From positions 1-62,783 of the forward strand of contig JAOUBY010000004.1 of the NCBI GenBank assembly GCA_029860045.1: a stretch of 62,783 nucleotides of DNA, written 5' to 3'. The DNA comes from Gammaproteobacteria bacterium. Its GTDB lineage: Bacteria > Pseudomonadota > Gammaproteobacteria > UBA9214. The position numbers were made by a program, and so were the translations under genes. Below are positions 18,473 through 27,508 of the stretch, piece after piece. The notes beneath the pieces are model-generated. The model made no database searches. It had not been told where the DNA came from and was given only the letters and a program-made list of their open reading frames with translations. Within the stretch, counting starts at the first letter, position 1, and each line of letters starts with the position of its first letter.

Positions 18473-19117
18473 TCACGGCGCGTGGCGCTCGATATCCCAT
18501 TGCCCGTCACTTTCCTGCGTGTAAACAAACCGGTCATGCAGCCGGTTGTCGCGCGCCTGCCAGAACTCGATGCTGGCGGGGGTTACCCGGTAGCCGCCCC
18601 AGAACGAGGGCAGGGACACTTCGCCACGGGCAAACTTGCGCTTGACCTCGTCGAACTTGGCCTCCAGTAGCGAGCGTGATGAAATGACCTGGCTCTGCGG
18701 CGAGGCCCAGGCACCGATCTGGCTGCCGCGCGGGCGCGAGGCGAAGTATTTGACCGATTCGGTTAGCGGAATCTTTCCGGCTTTTCCGGTTATTTTGACC
18801 TGGCGTCCCAACGCCACCCAGGGGAACAGCAGGGCAACCCGGTCGTTGAGCTCGATCTGTTTTGCCTTGTCACTCTCGTAATTGGTGAAAAAGACGAAAC
18901 CGTGCTCGTCGTAGTATTTAAGCAATACGGTACGCAGCGAGGGTTGGCCGGCGGCGTCGACCGTGGCGATGCTCATGGCGTTCGGCTCGGCAATGCCGGA
19001 GTCGATGGCCTGGGCGAACCAGAGTTCGAACTGGTTGAAGGGATTGGTCTCAAGTTCGTCGCGGCTGAGACCATGTGACATCCACTGGTTGCGGAGCTCA
19101 TCGGGGTGTGTGGGCAT
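18473..19117 (-). CDS. pdxH: Pyridoxamine 5'-phosphate oxidase
   Basis: LRTVLLK, FFTNYESDKA and IEFWQ...RLHDR are hallmark PdxH motifs. 214 aa. Confidence 0.95.
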   Translation of the reverse strand: MPTHPDELRNQWMSHGLSRDELETNPFNQFELWFAQAIDSGIAEPNAMSIATVDAAGQPSLRTVLLKYYDEHGFVFFTNYESDKAKQIELNDRVALLFPWVALGRQVKITGKAGKIPLTESVKYFASRPRGSQIGAWASPQSQVISSRSLLEAKFDEVKRKFARGEVSLPSFWGGYRVTPASIEFWQARDNRLHDRFVYTQESDGQWDIERHAP

Positions 19118-19219
19118 GAAACGGGTCTCGATTCAGATAAAAGGGTATGGGGTGAACAATAAAGGGTTGGTTTAAGTTCTTCAATGTCACGCCAGCAGAG
19201 TACGTTGTAGAATCCGGGC

Positions 19220-19603
19220 ATGGATGATCTTGAGCGTGACCGGAAGATTCTCAGGTGGCAGGAGAAGGCGCGGCGTGCTGCAAAGAAACGCAAGGGTCGC
19301 AACCTCTACGTCATTACACTCGATCCGGAGGTGTTGTGGATTCGGGAGTTTCGCCAGGAAAATCCGAATTATGTCGAGGGCATGCCCTGCGTGTATGTGG
19401 GTATGACCATTCATGATCCGGGCGACCGCTTTGAGCAGCACATGCTGGGTTATCGCAGCAGCAAGTATCCGCACAACCATGGCATCGAGCTGGCGCTGGA
19501 ACTCATGGAGGGGTTTGACGGCGCGGGGCTCTCTGACGAAGAGCGGGAAGCTGCTCTGGCGGAGTGGTTGCGAGGACAGGGGATTGCGGCGTGGCAGAAT
19601 TGA
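19220..19603 (+). CDS. Hypothetical protein with GIY-YIG-like core
   Basis: NLYVITLD...CVYVGMT...DRFEQH...E...N spacing resembles a degenerate GIY-YIG nuclease motif. The N-terminus is basic. Confidence 0.45.
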   Translation: MDDLERDRKILRWQEKARRAAKKRKGRNLYVITLDPEVLWIREFRQENPNYVEGMPCVYVGMTIHDPGDRFEQHMLGYRSSKYPHNHGIELALELMEGFDGAGLSDEEREAALAEWLRGQGIAAWQN

Positions 19604-19641
19604 TTGATGTGTGCAGGATGCTCCTGCCTCAATAGGGGTTG

Positions 19642-19667
19642 TTACAGGAGCGCCTTGCAGGGGCGAA
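19642..19667 (+). repeat. REP-like unit (variant TTACAGGAGCGCCTTGCAGGGGCGAA)
   Basis: Shares the core with the 18381 and 19731 units, with 3 mismatches. Confidence 0.7.
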
Positions 19668-19683
19668 GCTAACTTCCATCGTC

Positions 19684-19703
19684 GTTCCCGCAAAGGCGGG
19701 AAC
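19684..19703. repeat. 8-bp stem-loop GTTCCCGC-AAAG-GCGGGAAC between REP units
   Basis: Perfect inverted repeat read directly from the sequence. Confidence 0.6.
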
Positions 19704-19730
19704 CCAGTCAGCTGTTTCAATAAGCCTTAT

Positions 19731-19794
19731 TGCAGGAGCGCCTTGCAGGCGCGAAACACACAGAATCGAATCGCGCCTGCAAGGCGCTCCTACA
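19731..19794. repeat. Inverted pair of REP-like units
   Basis: TGCAGGAGCGCCTTGCAGGCGCGAA - 14 nt - TCGCGCCTGCAAGGCGCTCCTACA. Located between the converging ends of the 127-aa ORF and the NERD gene. Confidence 0.85.
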
Positions 19795-19800
19795 GGTTTA

Positions 19801-20391
19801 TTATTTTTGAATTGAATCAACCAGCTGTTCCCACGCCATGCGCATACCCTTGGGGATGTCGCTGTGCTTCAGCCGTTTCGGTAGTTGCCCGATCTCCCGT
19901 GTTGACTTTACGTTGTCCGGTTTGTCTTTGGGGAAGCTGGCGCCGTGGGTGAACAGGTGCAGACCGGTCACGGTTGCACCGGGTGCCAGCATGTGTACCG
20001 CATTGACCTGGCGCTGCAGGTATCCATCCGGGTTGGGAAACTTGTAGCTGACACGGTTGATCACCTGGGTCCACTGGTCAGTCTGTGGCCCCCCGAAGAT
20101 CAGTCCGCTGAACCGTTTCACGCCGATGACCAGCAGGGCATCCCTTGTCAGCAGCAGGTGCTCGATGGTCACCTCGCCACCCATGCCGTCCGGTAACAGC
20201 AGGTTACGCAGGTGGCGCGCACCAAGGCGCCTGATCATGCGCGCGACCTGGCGCTCCTCGCGCCAGTGCCCGAGTTGTTTGCGGAACAGGACTGCCAGTG
20301 TGGCCACGGTGGCAAGTGCGCCCAGTATGGCGTACAGCTGCCCGGTGCTCAGCGCAAGCATCTGTATCAGATTCTGGAGGGATTCAGTCAT
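19801..20391 (-). CDS. NERD domain protein with N-terminal TM helix
   Basis: Start taken at ATG 20391 (MTESLQ...); the upstream part of the track ORF is low-complexity. Has a TM helix (LYAILGALATVATLAVLF). The block GGEVTIEHLLLTRDALLVIGVK is typical of NERD. Confidence 0.7.
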   Translation of the reverse strand: MTESLQNLIQMLALSTGQLYAILGALATVATLAVLFRKQLGHWREERQVARMIRRLGARHLRNLLLPDGMGGEVTIEHLLLTRDALLVIGVKRFSGLIFGGPQTDQWTQVINRVSYKFPNPDGYLQRQVNAVHMLAPGATVTGLHLFTHGASFPKDKPDNVKSTREIGQLPKRLKHSDIPKGMRMAWEQLVDSIQK

Positions 20392-20489
20392 CGGGTGCCG
20401 GTTTGGTAACTGGAGGATGCCGATTATAGTGCAGGGCAGTGGCTCACGGTCAGCTGACTGCTGTTCAGGTGCGGCGCCACATGCACGGG

Positions 20490-20876
20490 TCAGGCATAGT
20501 TTTCCTGCAGATACTGGATGATATCCCTGGATTCGTACATCCACTGCACGTTGCCGCTGTCGTCGGTGATGCGCAGGCATGGCACCTTGATCTCGCCGCC
20601 ACCTTCCTGCAACTGGCGGCGGCTGGTGGCGTCGCGCAGGGCATCACGGGTTTCTATGTTGAGCGACAGCCGTTTGATGGCGCGTCGGGTCACGATGCAG
20701 AACGGGCAGGTCCGGAACTGGTACAGCAAGATGTTACACGTGCGACTATCGAGCTGTTGCTGTGCCTGCGGGCTACGTACGATCCCCCTGGGTGTGGTGA
20801 GCCAGTCCACGGCGAGCAGGATCGGCCCGACGATGGCGTGAACGAGTTTGAAAAAGTAGCGGATGATGAGTCTCAT
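20490..20876 (-). CDS. Glutaredoxin-like protein with N-terminal TM helix (CPFC active site)
   Basis: Start at ATG 20876 (MRLIIRYFF...). Contains YQFRTCPFC and a VPCL...W motif of the glutaredoxin fold. Confidence 0.7.
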   Translation of the reverse strand: MRLIIRYFFKLVHAIVGPILLAVDWLTTPRGIVRSPQAQQQLDSRTCNILLYQFRTCPFCIVTRRAIKRLSLNIETRDALRDATSRRQLQEGGGEIKVPCLRITDDSGNVQWMYESRDIIQYLQENYA

Positions 20877-21003
20877 TAATATTGCCTGGTTTTGCGGGTT
20901 CTGGCCAAAATTACGGAGGCGGTAGTATAAGGGAAATCGCTGTGCCGTTAACCGCAAAATAGCCGGGGGTGTTCACCGGGCAGGGAGTCGCTAGAATAGC
21001 CCG

Positions 21004-22002
21004 ATGGATTTGCTCACCCAGGGGCTGCTAGGCGCAGCATTGTCGGTCTCGATTGCACGACACAAGGATATCCGCCTTGCGAGCGGGGTGGGTATGGCGG
21101 CGGGCCTGCTGGCTGATATCGACGTGCTGGTCGCTTCTGCCAGTGATCCGTTGCTGGTTGTGGAATTTCACCGCCATTTCACACACTCGGTGTTTTTCAT
21201 CCCGTTCGGCGCGCTGATTGCTGCCGGGTTGTTGTGGCCACTGTTGCGTAACCGCCTGGCTCCCGGACGCCTGTACCTGTATTGCCTGGCAGGCTACAGC
21301 ATGAGTGGTGTGCTCGATGCCTGCACCAGCTATGGCACACACCTGTTCTGGCCGCTGTCCGATGAACGCGTTTCGTTCCACCTGATCTCGATCGTGGACC
21401 CGGTGTTCACCGGAATCCTGTTGCTGGCCGTGGCACTGGCGTGGCGTTACTGGCAGGCGTGGGTTGTGTCTGTCGGGCTGGCCCTGTGTGGCGCCTACCT
21501 GGTGCTGGGTTATGTCCAGTTGCAGCGTGCCACGGACATGGCCGAGTCGCTGGCGCTGGCGCGTGAGCACCGCATCGAGCGGCTGGTGGTGAAGCCTTCG
21601 CTGGGTAATCTCCTGCTGTGGCGCTCGACCTACATCAGTGACAATACCATTTACGTCGATGCCCTGCGTGCCGGCATCAGTGGCAGGAAAGTCTACCCTG
21701 GTGATTCCGTGGCACTGTTTGTCCCGGAGCGGGATGCAGAGGGAATTCCGACAGACTCGGTGCTGTACAACGATATCCTGCGTTTCCGGCTTTTTGCCGA
21801 CGGTTATATCGCCATGGACCCGGAGATCCCGCACCTGCTGGGCGACATGCGCTACAGCATGTTGCCGAATGCCCTGAACAGCCTGTGGGGGATCACGCTG
21901 GATGATGAGCACCCGGAGCGCCATGCGCACTACGGCTTTTACCGTGTGAACACCCGCGCGGTGCGCGCCCGGTTCTGGTCGATGCTCAAGGGCGATTCCT
22001 GA
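21004..22002 (+). CDS. Membrane-bound metal-dependent hydrolase, YdjM/DUF457 family
   Basis: MDLLTQGLLGA... and HRHFTHS are typical of the family, and there are multiple TM helices. The fully antisense 327-aa ORF was rejected. Confidence 0.8.
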   Translation: MDLLTQGLLGAALSVSIARHKDIRLASGVGMAAGLLADIDVLVASASDPLLVVEFHRHFTHSVFFIPFGALIAAGLLWPLLRNRLAPGRLYLYCLAGYSMSGVLDACTSYGTHLFWPLSDERVSFHLISIVDPVFTGILLLAVALAWRYWQAWVVSVGLALCGAYLVLGYVQLQRATDMAESLALAREHRIERLVVKPSLGNLLLWRSTYISDNTIYVDALRAGISGRKVYPGDSVALFVPERDAEGIPTDSVLYNDILRFRLFADGYIAMDPEIPHLLGDMRYSMLPNALNSLWGITLDDEHPERHAHYGFYRVNTRAVRARFWSMLKGDS

Positions 22003-22081
22003 TTCAAACACACAGAGAACTGTGCCGTGCCGGTTATAATCGCCGGCCGCCAGGTCGCTCCGGAAATCACAAGGACATCAC

Positions 22082-22693
22082 ATGAAGATCACGGTAATCA
22101 GCGGCAGTCACCGCGAACAGGCGCAGTCCCTCAAGGTAGCGCACCACATCAAGGCCACGCTCGACAATGGCATGGTCGATGAGACGGCACTGGTGAGCCT
22201 GGCCAACAATCCGCTGCCGCTGTGGGATATGGGCGTGTGGGAAGGCGAGGAGGACTGGAGCCGGTTGCTCAATCCGATCCGTGCCGAGCTGGCCTCCAGT
22301 GATGCCTTCGTGGTGGTAACGCCGGAATGGCATGGACAGGTGCCGGCCGGTCTGAAGAATTTCTTCCTGTTGTTCGGTCAGCACGAACTGGGTCACAAGC
22401 CGGCCATGATCGTGGCGGTATCCGCTGGCGATGGCGGGGCCTACCCGGTGGCCGAGCTGCGCATGAGCAGCTACAAGAATTCCCGCCTGTGCTACATCCC
22501 GGAGCACGTTATTGTGCGTCATGTCGAGCAGGTGCTGAACGATGATCCCGGCCAGAATAACCGGGAGGCGGATGAGTATTTCCGCGCCCGCATCCAGTGG
22601 GCGCTGGGCATCCTCAGGGAATATGCCGTGGCGCTGCGCCAGGTGCGCGACAGCGGTGCTGCAAAAACGGAGCAATTCAAGAACGGTATGTAA
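22082..22693 (+). CDS. NADPH-dependent FMN reductase
   Basis: MKITVISGSHREQAQS, VVVTPEWHG (flavodoxin-like fold, NADPH_FMN_red pattern). Confidence 0.85.
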   Translation: MKITVISGSHREQAQSLKVAHHIKATLDNGMVDETALVSLANNPLPLWDMGVWEGEEDWSRLLNPIRAELASSDAFVVVTPEWHGQVPAGLKNFFLLFGQHELGHKPAMIVAVSAGDGGAYPVAELRMSSYKNSRLCYIPEHVIVRHVEQVLNDDPGQNNREADEYFRARIQWALGILREYAVALRQVRDSGAAKTEQFKNGM

Positions 22694-22832
22694 GTGACTG
22701 GCCGTTTGCCTGCGTTTGTCCCTGTGCCAGAACTGTGAACCGGTTCTCCAATCACCATGGCCTGGCTGCCGTTAGCGTAGTGTAGGGATCGCTCTGCCCT
22801 GAGCCGTCCCTCCACTCACGACAGGACTGGCT

Positions 22833-23477
22833 ATGACTGGCGGTAGCGAAACTGGTTTATCTTTTTCCGCGCTCTTGATGAAGGGTCTCATGCTGATTGC
22901 GGCCGTGTCTGTGCTGGCAGCTTGTGCAAGCATGGATCGGGAGCAGTGCCGGGTTGCCGACTGGCGCCTGATCGGATACCAGGATGGCGTGCTGGGGAAG
23001 TCGGCCGCAACGATCGGGGAATACCACAGGGATTGCGCCGAGCACGCGGTGGTACCGGAGCTGGATGCCTGGCGTGCCGGGCGTGACGAGGGCCTGCAGC
23101 AGTATTGCACAGAGGATAATGGTTTTCGTCTCGGGCAGGCCGGGCGCAGCTACAATGGCGTGTGCCCGGGCGCAAGCGAAACGCTGTTCCGGAGCGCCTA
23201 CGAAGACGGGCGTGCCATCTACCTGGCCCGTTCGCTGGTCAGCAGTACCCACTCGAAAATATACAAGCGCCGCTACGAGATTGATGCGTTGCAAGAAGAC
23301 AAGCGCGACAAGCTGTCTGCGCTGGTGCAGAACGACCTGCGTAGCGAACAGCGGGTGTTGTTGTTATATGAAATTCACGAAATCGAGGCCGAGATTGACC
23401 TGGTTGAGCACGAGATCAGCGACCTGGAGCATGATCTCGCGCTGCAGCAGGCCCACCTGGAACAACTGACGCCCTGA
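22833..23477 (+). CDS. DUF2799 lipoprotein with C-terminal coiled coil
   Basis: Lipobox-like VLAACAS. Repeated C..DW...G..DG..G modules are typical of DUF2799. Confidence 0.7.
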   Translation: MTGGSETGLSFSALLMKGLMLIAAVSVLAACASMDREQCRVADWRLIGYQDGVLGKSAATIGEYHRDCAEHAVVPELDAWRAGRDEGLQQYCTEDNGFRLGQAGRSYNGVCPGASETLFRSAYEDGRAIYLARSLVSSTHSKIYKRRYEIDALQEDKRDKLSALVQNDLRSEQRVLLLYEIHEIEAEIDLVEHEISDLEHDLALQQAHLEQLTP

Positions 23478-23570
23478 GCCTGAACCCGGGCCTGTTGCCC
23501 GGTCCCTGGGCGCTAAAGCTCTATACAGGCAGGACGATAACTTCAATACGTCGATTTATCGACCGCTGTA

Positions 23571-24092
23571 GTGGCGCGTGCGCGCCAGCACGAATTTCCA
23601 GGGAGTAATGACGTGACACACTATATACAGACAATTTACCGGGTCCTCGGTCTGAATGAACACCGCAAGGCACGCAACCTGCTGCTCAGGCCCGCCTTCC
23701 AGCTCAAGTTGCCGGTCTTCATCCTGTTGCTGTCCATGGCCTTCCTGGCGCTGGGCGTGTTGTTTGGCAACCTGTACTTCCAGCAGACTTATATGAGTAT
23801 GCTGGCGACCAGTACACAGCCGGATTACCTGCAGCAGGTGATTACCCGGCAGACCCACGAATTCAAGTTGCTGTCGCTATTACTGCTGGCAGTCTACGCG
23901 GGGCTGGTATCAGTCATTACCACGATTTACACCCATCGATTAATTGGACCGACTCTGCCGATCCGCCGTCACATCAAGGCGCTACGCGACGGTCTGTATT
24001 CTCATCGCGTCAGGCTGCGCCAGCATGACGGGTTGCAGGATCTGGCCAATGAGCTGAATGCGCTGGCCGAGACCCTCGAGGAGCGCCACTAG
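23571..24092 (+). CDS. Two-TM membrane protein with HAMP-like domain only
   Basis: The second TM helix is followed by RLIGPTLPIRRHIKALRDG...LANELNALAETL (HAMP pattern). A GTG at 23613, 7 nt after GGGAG, is a plausible alternative start. Confidence 0.6.
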   Translation: MARARQHEFPGSNDVTHYIQTIYRVLGLNEHRKARNLLLRPAFQLKLPVFILLLSMAFLALGVLFGNLYFQQTYMSMLATSTQPDYLQQVITRQTHEFKLLSLLLLAVYAGLVSVITTIYTHRLIGPTLPIRRHIKALRDGLYSHRVRLRQHDGLQDLANELNALAETLEERH

Positions 24093-24118
24093 CCAGCGCC
24101 AGTATGTTTTGCAACGAC

Positions 24119-24150
24119 AAGGGGCCAGCAAGATGGCCCCTTTTGTTTTT
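24119..24150 (+). terminator. Rho-independent terminator after HAMP-protein gene
   Basis: AAGGGGCCA-GCAAGA-TGGCCCCTT followed by TTGTTTTT. Confidence 0.8.
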
Positions 24151-24172
24151 CAGGCACTGACAGTCTCCTTCC

Positions 24173-24820
24173 ATGCAACAGGCCGGTAGCACATTCTCAC
24201 CAGGGGAGTTCATCGGAAACCGGTCCACGCTGGTTCTGCTGCTGTCCAACCTGTTGACCATTGTCATGGCCTTGATGCAGGGCTGGGACGTCTCCATTTT
24301 GATGTGGATCTACTGGGGCCAGAGCGTCGTGATCGGTTATTTCAACGTGCACCGGATCATGGACCTCGATCAATTCTCAACGCAGGGCTTCCGGATCAAT
24401 AACCAGGCGGTGGAGCCGACGCGCGAAACACAACGCAAGACGGCAGTGTTTTTTGCCATGCACTATGGGATTTTTCACCTGGTGTATTTCTTCTTTCTGT
24501 TCAAGGACGCCTCCCTGGACGGGTCTGTTTCTTTCCTGGGCGCCGGTGTCTGTGTGCTGGCGTTCTACCTGAATCACCGTTTCTCCTGGCGTTATAACCG
24601 CGCACGTGATCGTGAACGGGTGCCGAATATCGGCAATATCATGTTCTTTCCCTACCTGCGCATCATCCCGATGCACCTGACAATCCTGTTTGGTGGTTTT
24701 CTGGGCGGTCACGGGACCTTCCCCTTGCTGTTTTTCCTGCTGCTCAAGACCGCGGCAGATGTCGCCATGCACGTCATTGAGCACGCGATGGCAAACAGGG
24801 TTCAGCGCCAGTTGCCGTAG
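24173..24820 (+). CDS. Polytopic membrane protein (DUF6498-like)
   Basis: 215 aa and highly hydrophobic. The N-terminal pattern LLLSNLLTIVMALMQGW...WIYWGQSVVIGYFN is recalled as DUF6498. Confidence 0.55.
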   Translation: MQQAGSTFSPGEFIGNRSTLVLLLSNLLTIVMALMQGWDVSILMWIYWGQSVVIGYFNVHRIMDLDQFSTQGFRINNQAVEPTRETQRKTAVFFAMHYGIFHLVYFFFLFKDASLDGSVSFLGAGVCVLAFYLNHRFSWRYNRARDRERVPNIGNIMFFPYLRIIPMHLTILFGGFLGGHGTFPLLFFLLLKTAADVAMHVIEHAMANRVQRQLP

Positions 24821-24886
24821 TGTCCGGGTGGCAGGGCAGTGATTGCGCTATTATGTGCATTCCTGAAATAACTGACCCGGCTAACG

Positions 24887-25681
24887 ATGACACCTTCCCT
24901 GCAGAGCGTGCAGAAAATACTGGTTGCTGCCGCGCGCGAGGAACTGCTGCCGCGCTTTAACCGTGTCGCGCGTACCCACAAGGCGGATGGCAGTGTGTTG
25001 ACCGAGGCGGATATCGCGGTGCAGGAACGCGTGGCCGGGGAGCTGTTGCGCAACTGGCCGGGCACGGTGTTCATGGGCGAGGAGATGTCGGTTGACGAAC
25101 AGCAGCAGCTGATTGCCTCGCCAAACCCGGTGTGGTGCCTCGACCCGCTTGATGGCACCAGTAACTTTGCCGCCGGTATTCCCTATTTCTGTATTTCGCT
25201 TGCCCTGTTAAGCCATGGCAAGGTGCAGCTTGGCGTGGTCTACGATCCATTACGCGATGAGTGTTTTGCGGCCAGCCGGGCTGAGGGTGCCATGCTGAAC
25301 GGTGAGCCATTGACGGTGCCTTCGAGCGGATTGCCGCTGAAGCGGGCGACTGCATTGATTGATTTCAAACGCCTGGCGCCGGAGTTGGCCATGCGCCTGG
25401 TGCGCGAGATTCCCTACGCCTCGCAACGCAGTTTTGGTTCGGTGGCGCTGGACTGGTGCTGGCTGGCGACCGGCCGCTGTCATATCTACCTGCACGGCCG
25501 CTCCAATGTCTGGGACTATGCTGCCGGCCAGTTCATCTTCCAGACCGCCGGTGGTCAGTCCTGTACGCTGGATGGCGAGGCGATATTCACCCAGGCCCTG
25601 ACGCCGCGTTCTGCGGTGGCCGCGCTGGACCGGCCGTTGTTCGAGGCCTGGACCGGCTATCTAGACATCTCCTGCAGATAA
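24887..25681 (+). CDS. Inositol monophosphatase family protein
   Basis: The LDPLDGTSNF motif and WDYAAG motif are typical of IMPase/SuhB-like enzymes. Confidence 0.9.
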   Translation: MTPSLQSVQKILVAAAREELLPRFNRVARTHKADGSVLTEADIAVQERVAGELLRNWPGTVFMGEEMSVDEQQQLIASPNPVWCLDPLDGTSNFAAGIPYFCISLALLSHGKVQLGVVYDPLRDECFAASRAEGAMLNGEPLTVPSSGLPLKRATALIDFKRLAPELAMRLVREIPYASQRSFGSVALDWCWLATGRCHIYLHGRSNVWDYAAGQFIFQTAGGQSCTLDGEAIFTQALTPRSAVAALDRPLFEAWTGYLDISCR

Positions 25682-25897
25682 TTATGTAACTGACTGTACT
25701 GTAAACAGTCCTTCGGGTATTTTTCGGCCATTCTACGACCTGGGTACGATAGACCGTGCAGGCGTCATCCCCGAGAATAACAGGGGGCTGGCACATGCCG
25801 GGTTGCCCGCGCGGGTGGTCCGCCTGACCGATGGCGATATACTAGGCGGCAATCGTCAGGCAGTGAAAAACAATTAACCGGTTGCAGACGAATAACA

Positions 25898-27472
25898 ATG
25901 GGCTGGCAGAATACCTTACAAGCCATTAAGCAGTTCTCCCTGCCGCGCACGCGCGCGCTCGAGGAAGAGCTTGGCACCGTCAGGGCCGAGCATGCCGCCG
26001 TGTCCGCGGAGCTGGATGCGGTGCGTGACGAGTTCACGCAGGCACACGAAAACGATACGCAGCAGATTGCCGCGCTGCAGTTACAGCTGAATCACATTGA
26101 ATCCGACCGTAACAACGCGCGCCAGCAGGCGCAGTTGCTGGAAGAATCGCTGCAGCAGGCTAACAGCCGCCAGGCGGGTACCGAGCAGCGCATGACTTCG
26201 CTGGAGGCGCAGCTGGAAGAGTCGCGCAACCAGCATGAGTCAAATCTGTATCTAACCCGTGATGCCCTGACGCGCTTGCAGTCTGAACAGCAGAACCTGC
26301 TGTCACTGCAATCGGACATGGCGCGCACCTTTCACGAGGTTACCCGCGAGCTGTTGCAATCGTTGCAGGCACAGGTCAAGCCGCGCCTGTCGATGTTGCA
26401 GATGTCGTTTGTGGCCAGCCTGCTGTTCCTGTCCGGTGTGCTGGCCACGGCACTGGTGCTGCATGACGGGCGTGACGCAAGGCTCGACCTGTCGGATGTC
26501 AGCAACGGGATCAAAGAGCTGCAGGTGCTGATGAAGACTCATTTCAGCACCCATGAAGCGTTGCTGGAAACACTTACACAGCTTATCAATCGCACTACCT
26601 CAGGCGAGGTGATGCCTGATCAGGGCGCGTTGTCATCTGTAGATGATGCCGGTACGCGGCAGGCCAACCTGCTGGTGCTGGGCTTTGATGTCGGCAAGCG
26701 CCAGTCCGATGGTGCTCCGGGCAATAAAATTGCACAGGCACTGCAGAGTTTCCAGCAGTTATACCTGCTGGAAGGGGAGCCGGATGCAGTGGCAAATGCC
26801 GCCTTGCAGCAGCATGCCGATGTGGCGCGTGCTGATGCGAAGAAATTCAAAATCGACAGTGCCATCCTCGCAGCAATCAGGCTGGCCAATCTGCGCACCG
26901 GGGTTGAATTTTCCTACCTGATGGAGCTCGCCGCGGTGGAGAGCAGTTTTGATCCGCAGGCGAGGGCGAAGACCTCGTCTGCGAGCGGACTGTACCAGTT
27001 CAAGGACAAGAGCTGGCTGGATGCCATCCGGGCATATGGGGACAGCTACGGACTGGGTCACTACGCGGCGCAGGAAGATTACCGGCTTGACGATAACGGC
27101 GTGATGCAGCCTTACATCGAGGATGCGGCGTTACAGCAACGGGTGCTCGATCTGCGTTTCAACCCGCGCCTGGCGGCACTGCTGGCTGCCGAGCATGTGC
27201 GCAACAGCCGTGAGCAGCTGGTGAGTTCGCTGACGCGCCAGCCGGGCCGTACCGAGCTGTACCTGACGCATTTCTTCGGTACTTCCGGCGCGATTTCCTT
27301 TCTCAAGGTGCTCGAGGAGAATCCCGACCGCATTGCCGGCGAGATCTTTCCCGGCCCCGCAAGGCGTAACCGCAATATTTTCCAGACGCGTAGCCGTACG
27401 CCACGTACCGTTGCCGAGGTCTACCGGGTGCTGGGCCGCAAGTTCAATACCGCTCGTTACGAGGAAGGCTGA
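25898..27472 (+). CDS. Membrane-anchored protein: N-terminal coiled coil, TM helix, peptidoglycan-binding-like segment and SLT lytic-transglycosylase-like domain
   Basis: Heptad-rich residues 1-160 and a TM helix (FVASLLFLSGVLATALVL). SLT motifs AVESSFDP, SGLYQF and YLTHFFG. Confidence 0.7.
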   Translation: MGWQNTLQAIKQFSLPRTRALEEELGTVRAEHAAVSAELDAVRDEFTQAHENDTQQIAALQLQLNHIESDRNNARQQAQLLEESLQQANSRQAGTEQRMTSLEAQLEESRNQHESNLYLTRDALTRLQSEQQNLLSLQSDMARTFHEVTRELLQSLQAQVKPRLSMLQMSFVASLLFLSGVLATALVLHDGRDARLDLSDVSNGIKELQVLMKTHFSTHEALLETLTQLINRTTSGEVMPDQGALSSVDDAGTRQANLLVLGFDVGKRQSDGAPGNKIAQALQSFQQLYLLEGEPDAVANAALQQHADVARADAKKFKIDSAILAAIRLANLRTGVEFSYLMELAAVESSFDPQARAKTSSASGLYQFKDKSWLDAIRAYGDSYGLGHYAAQEDYRLDDNGVMQPYIEDAALQQRVLDLRFNPRLAALLAAEHVRNSREQLVSSLTRQPGRTELYLTHFFGTSGAISFLKVLEENPDRIAGEIFPGPARRNRNIFQTRSRTPRTVAEVYRVLGRKFNTARYEEG

Positions 27473-27508
27473 AAGGCCTTCAGGACTGGCAGCCGGGAAG
27501 GTGGCCGG

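Noticed and set aside
18410-18670. 86-aa plus-strand ORF starting inside the REP palindrome
   Set aside because: It is generated by the repeat and runs antisense into pdxH. No SD is present.
20392-20580. 63-codon upstream extension of the NERD ORF
   Set aside because: It is low-complexity (Arg/Gln/Ala) and overlaps the 3' end of the glutaredoxin-like gene. A plausible Met with a following TM helix lies at 20391.
21028-22011. 327-aa ORF fully antisense to the YdjM-like gene
   Set aside because: The plus-strand product has clear family motifs (HRHFTHS, TM helices). The antisense translation is an Arg/His/Gln-rich low-complexity sequence typical of GC-rich antisense frames.
22067-22675. 202-aa ORF antisense to the NADPH-dependent FMN reductase gene
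   Set aside because: The sense strand has recognisable flavodoxin-like motifs and an SD. The antisense ORF has no motifs and atypical composition.
22781-22806. TGTAGGGATCGCTCTGCCCTGA resembling the head of the REP units
   Set aside because: Only the first ~8 nt match. There is no internal hairpin or CGCGA tail, so it is probably coincidental.
25789-25806. Sigma-54-like TGGCAC…TTGC upstream of the coiled-coil/SLT gene
   Set aside because: The GG-to-GC spacing is 15 nt instead of the required 12, so it is not a functional -24/-12 arrangement.
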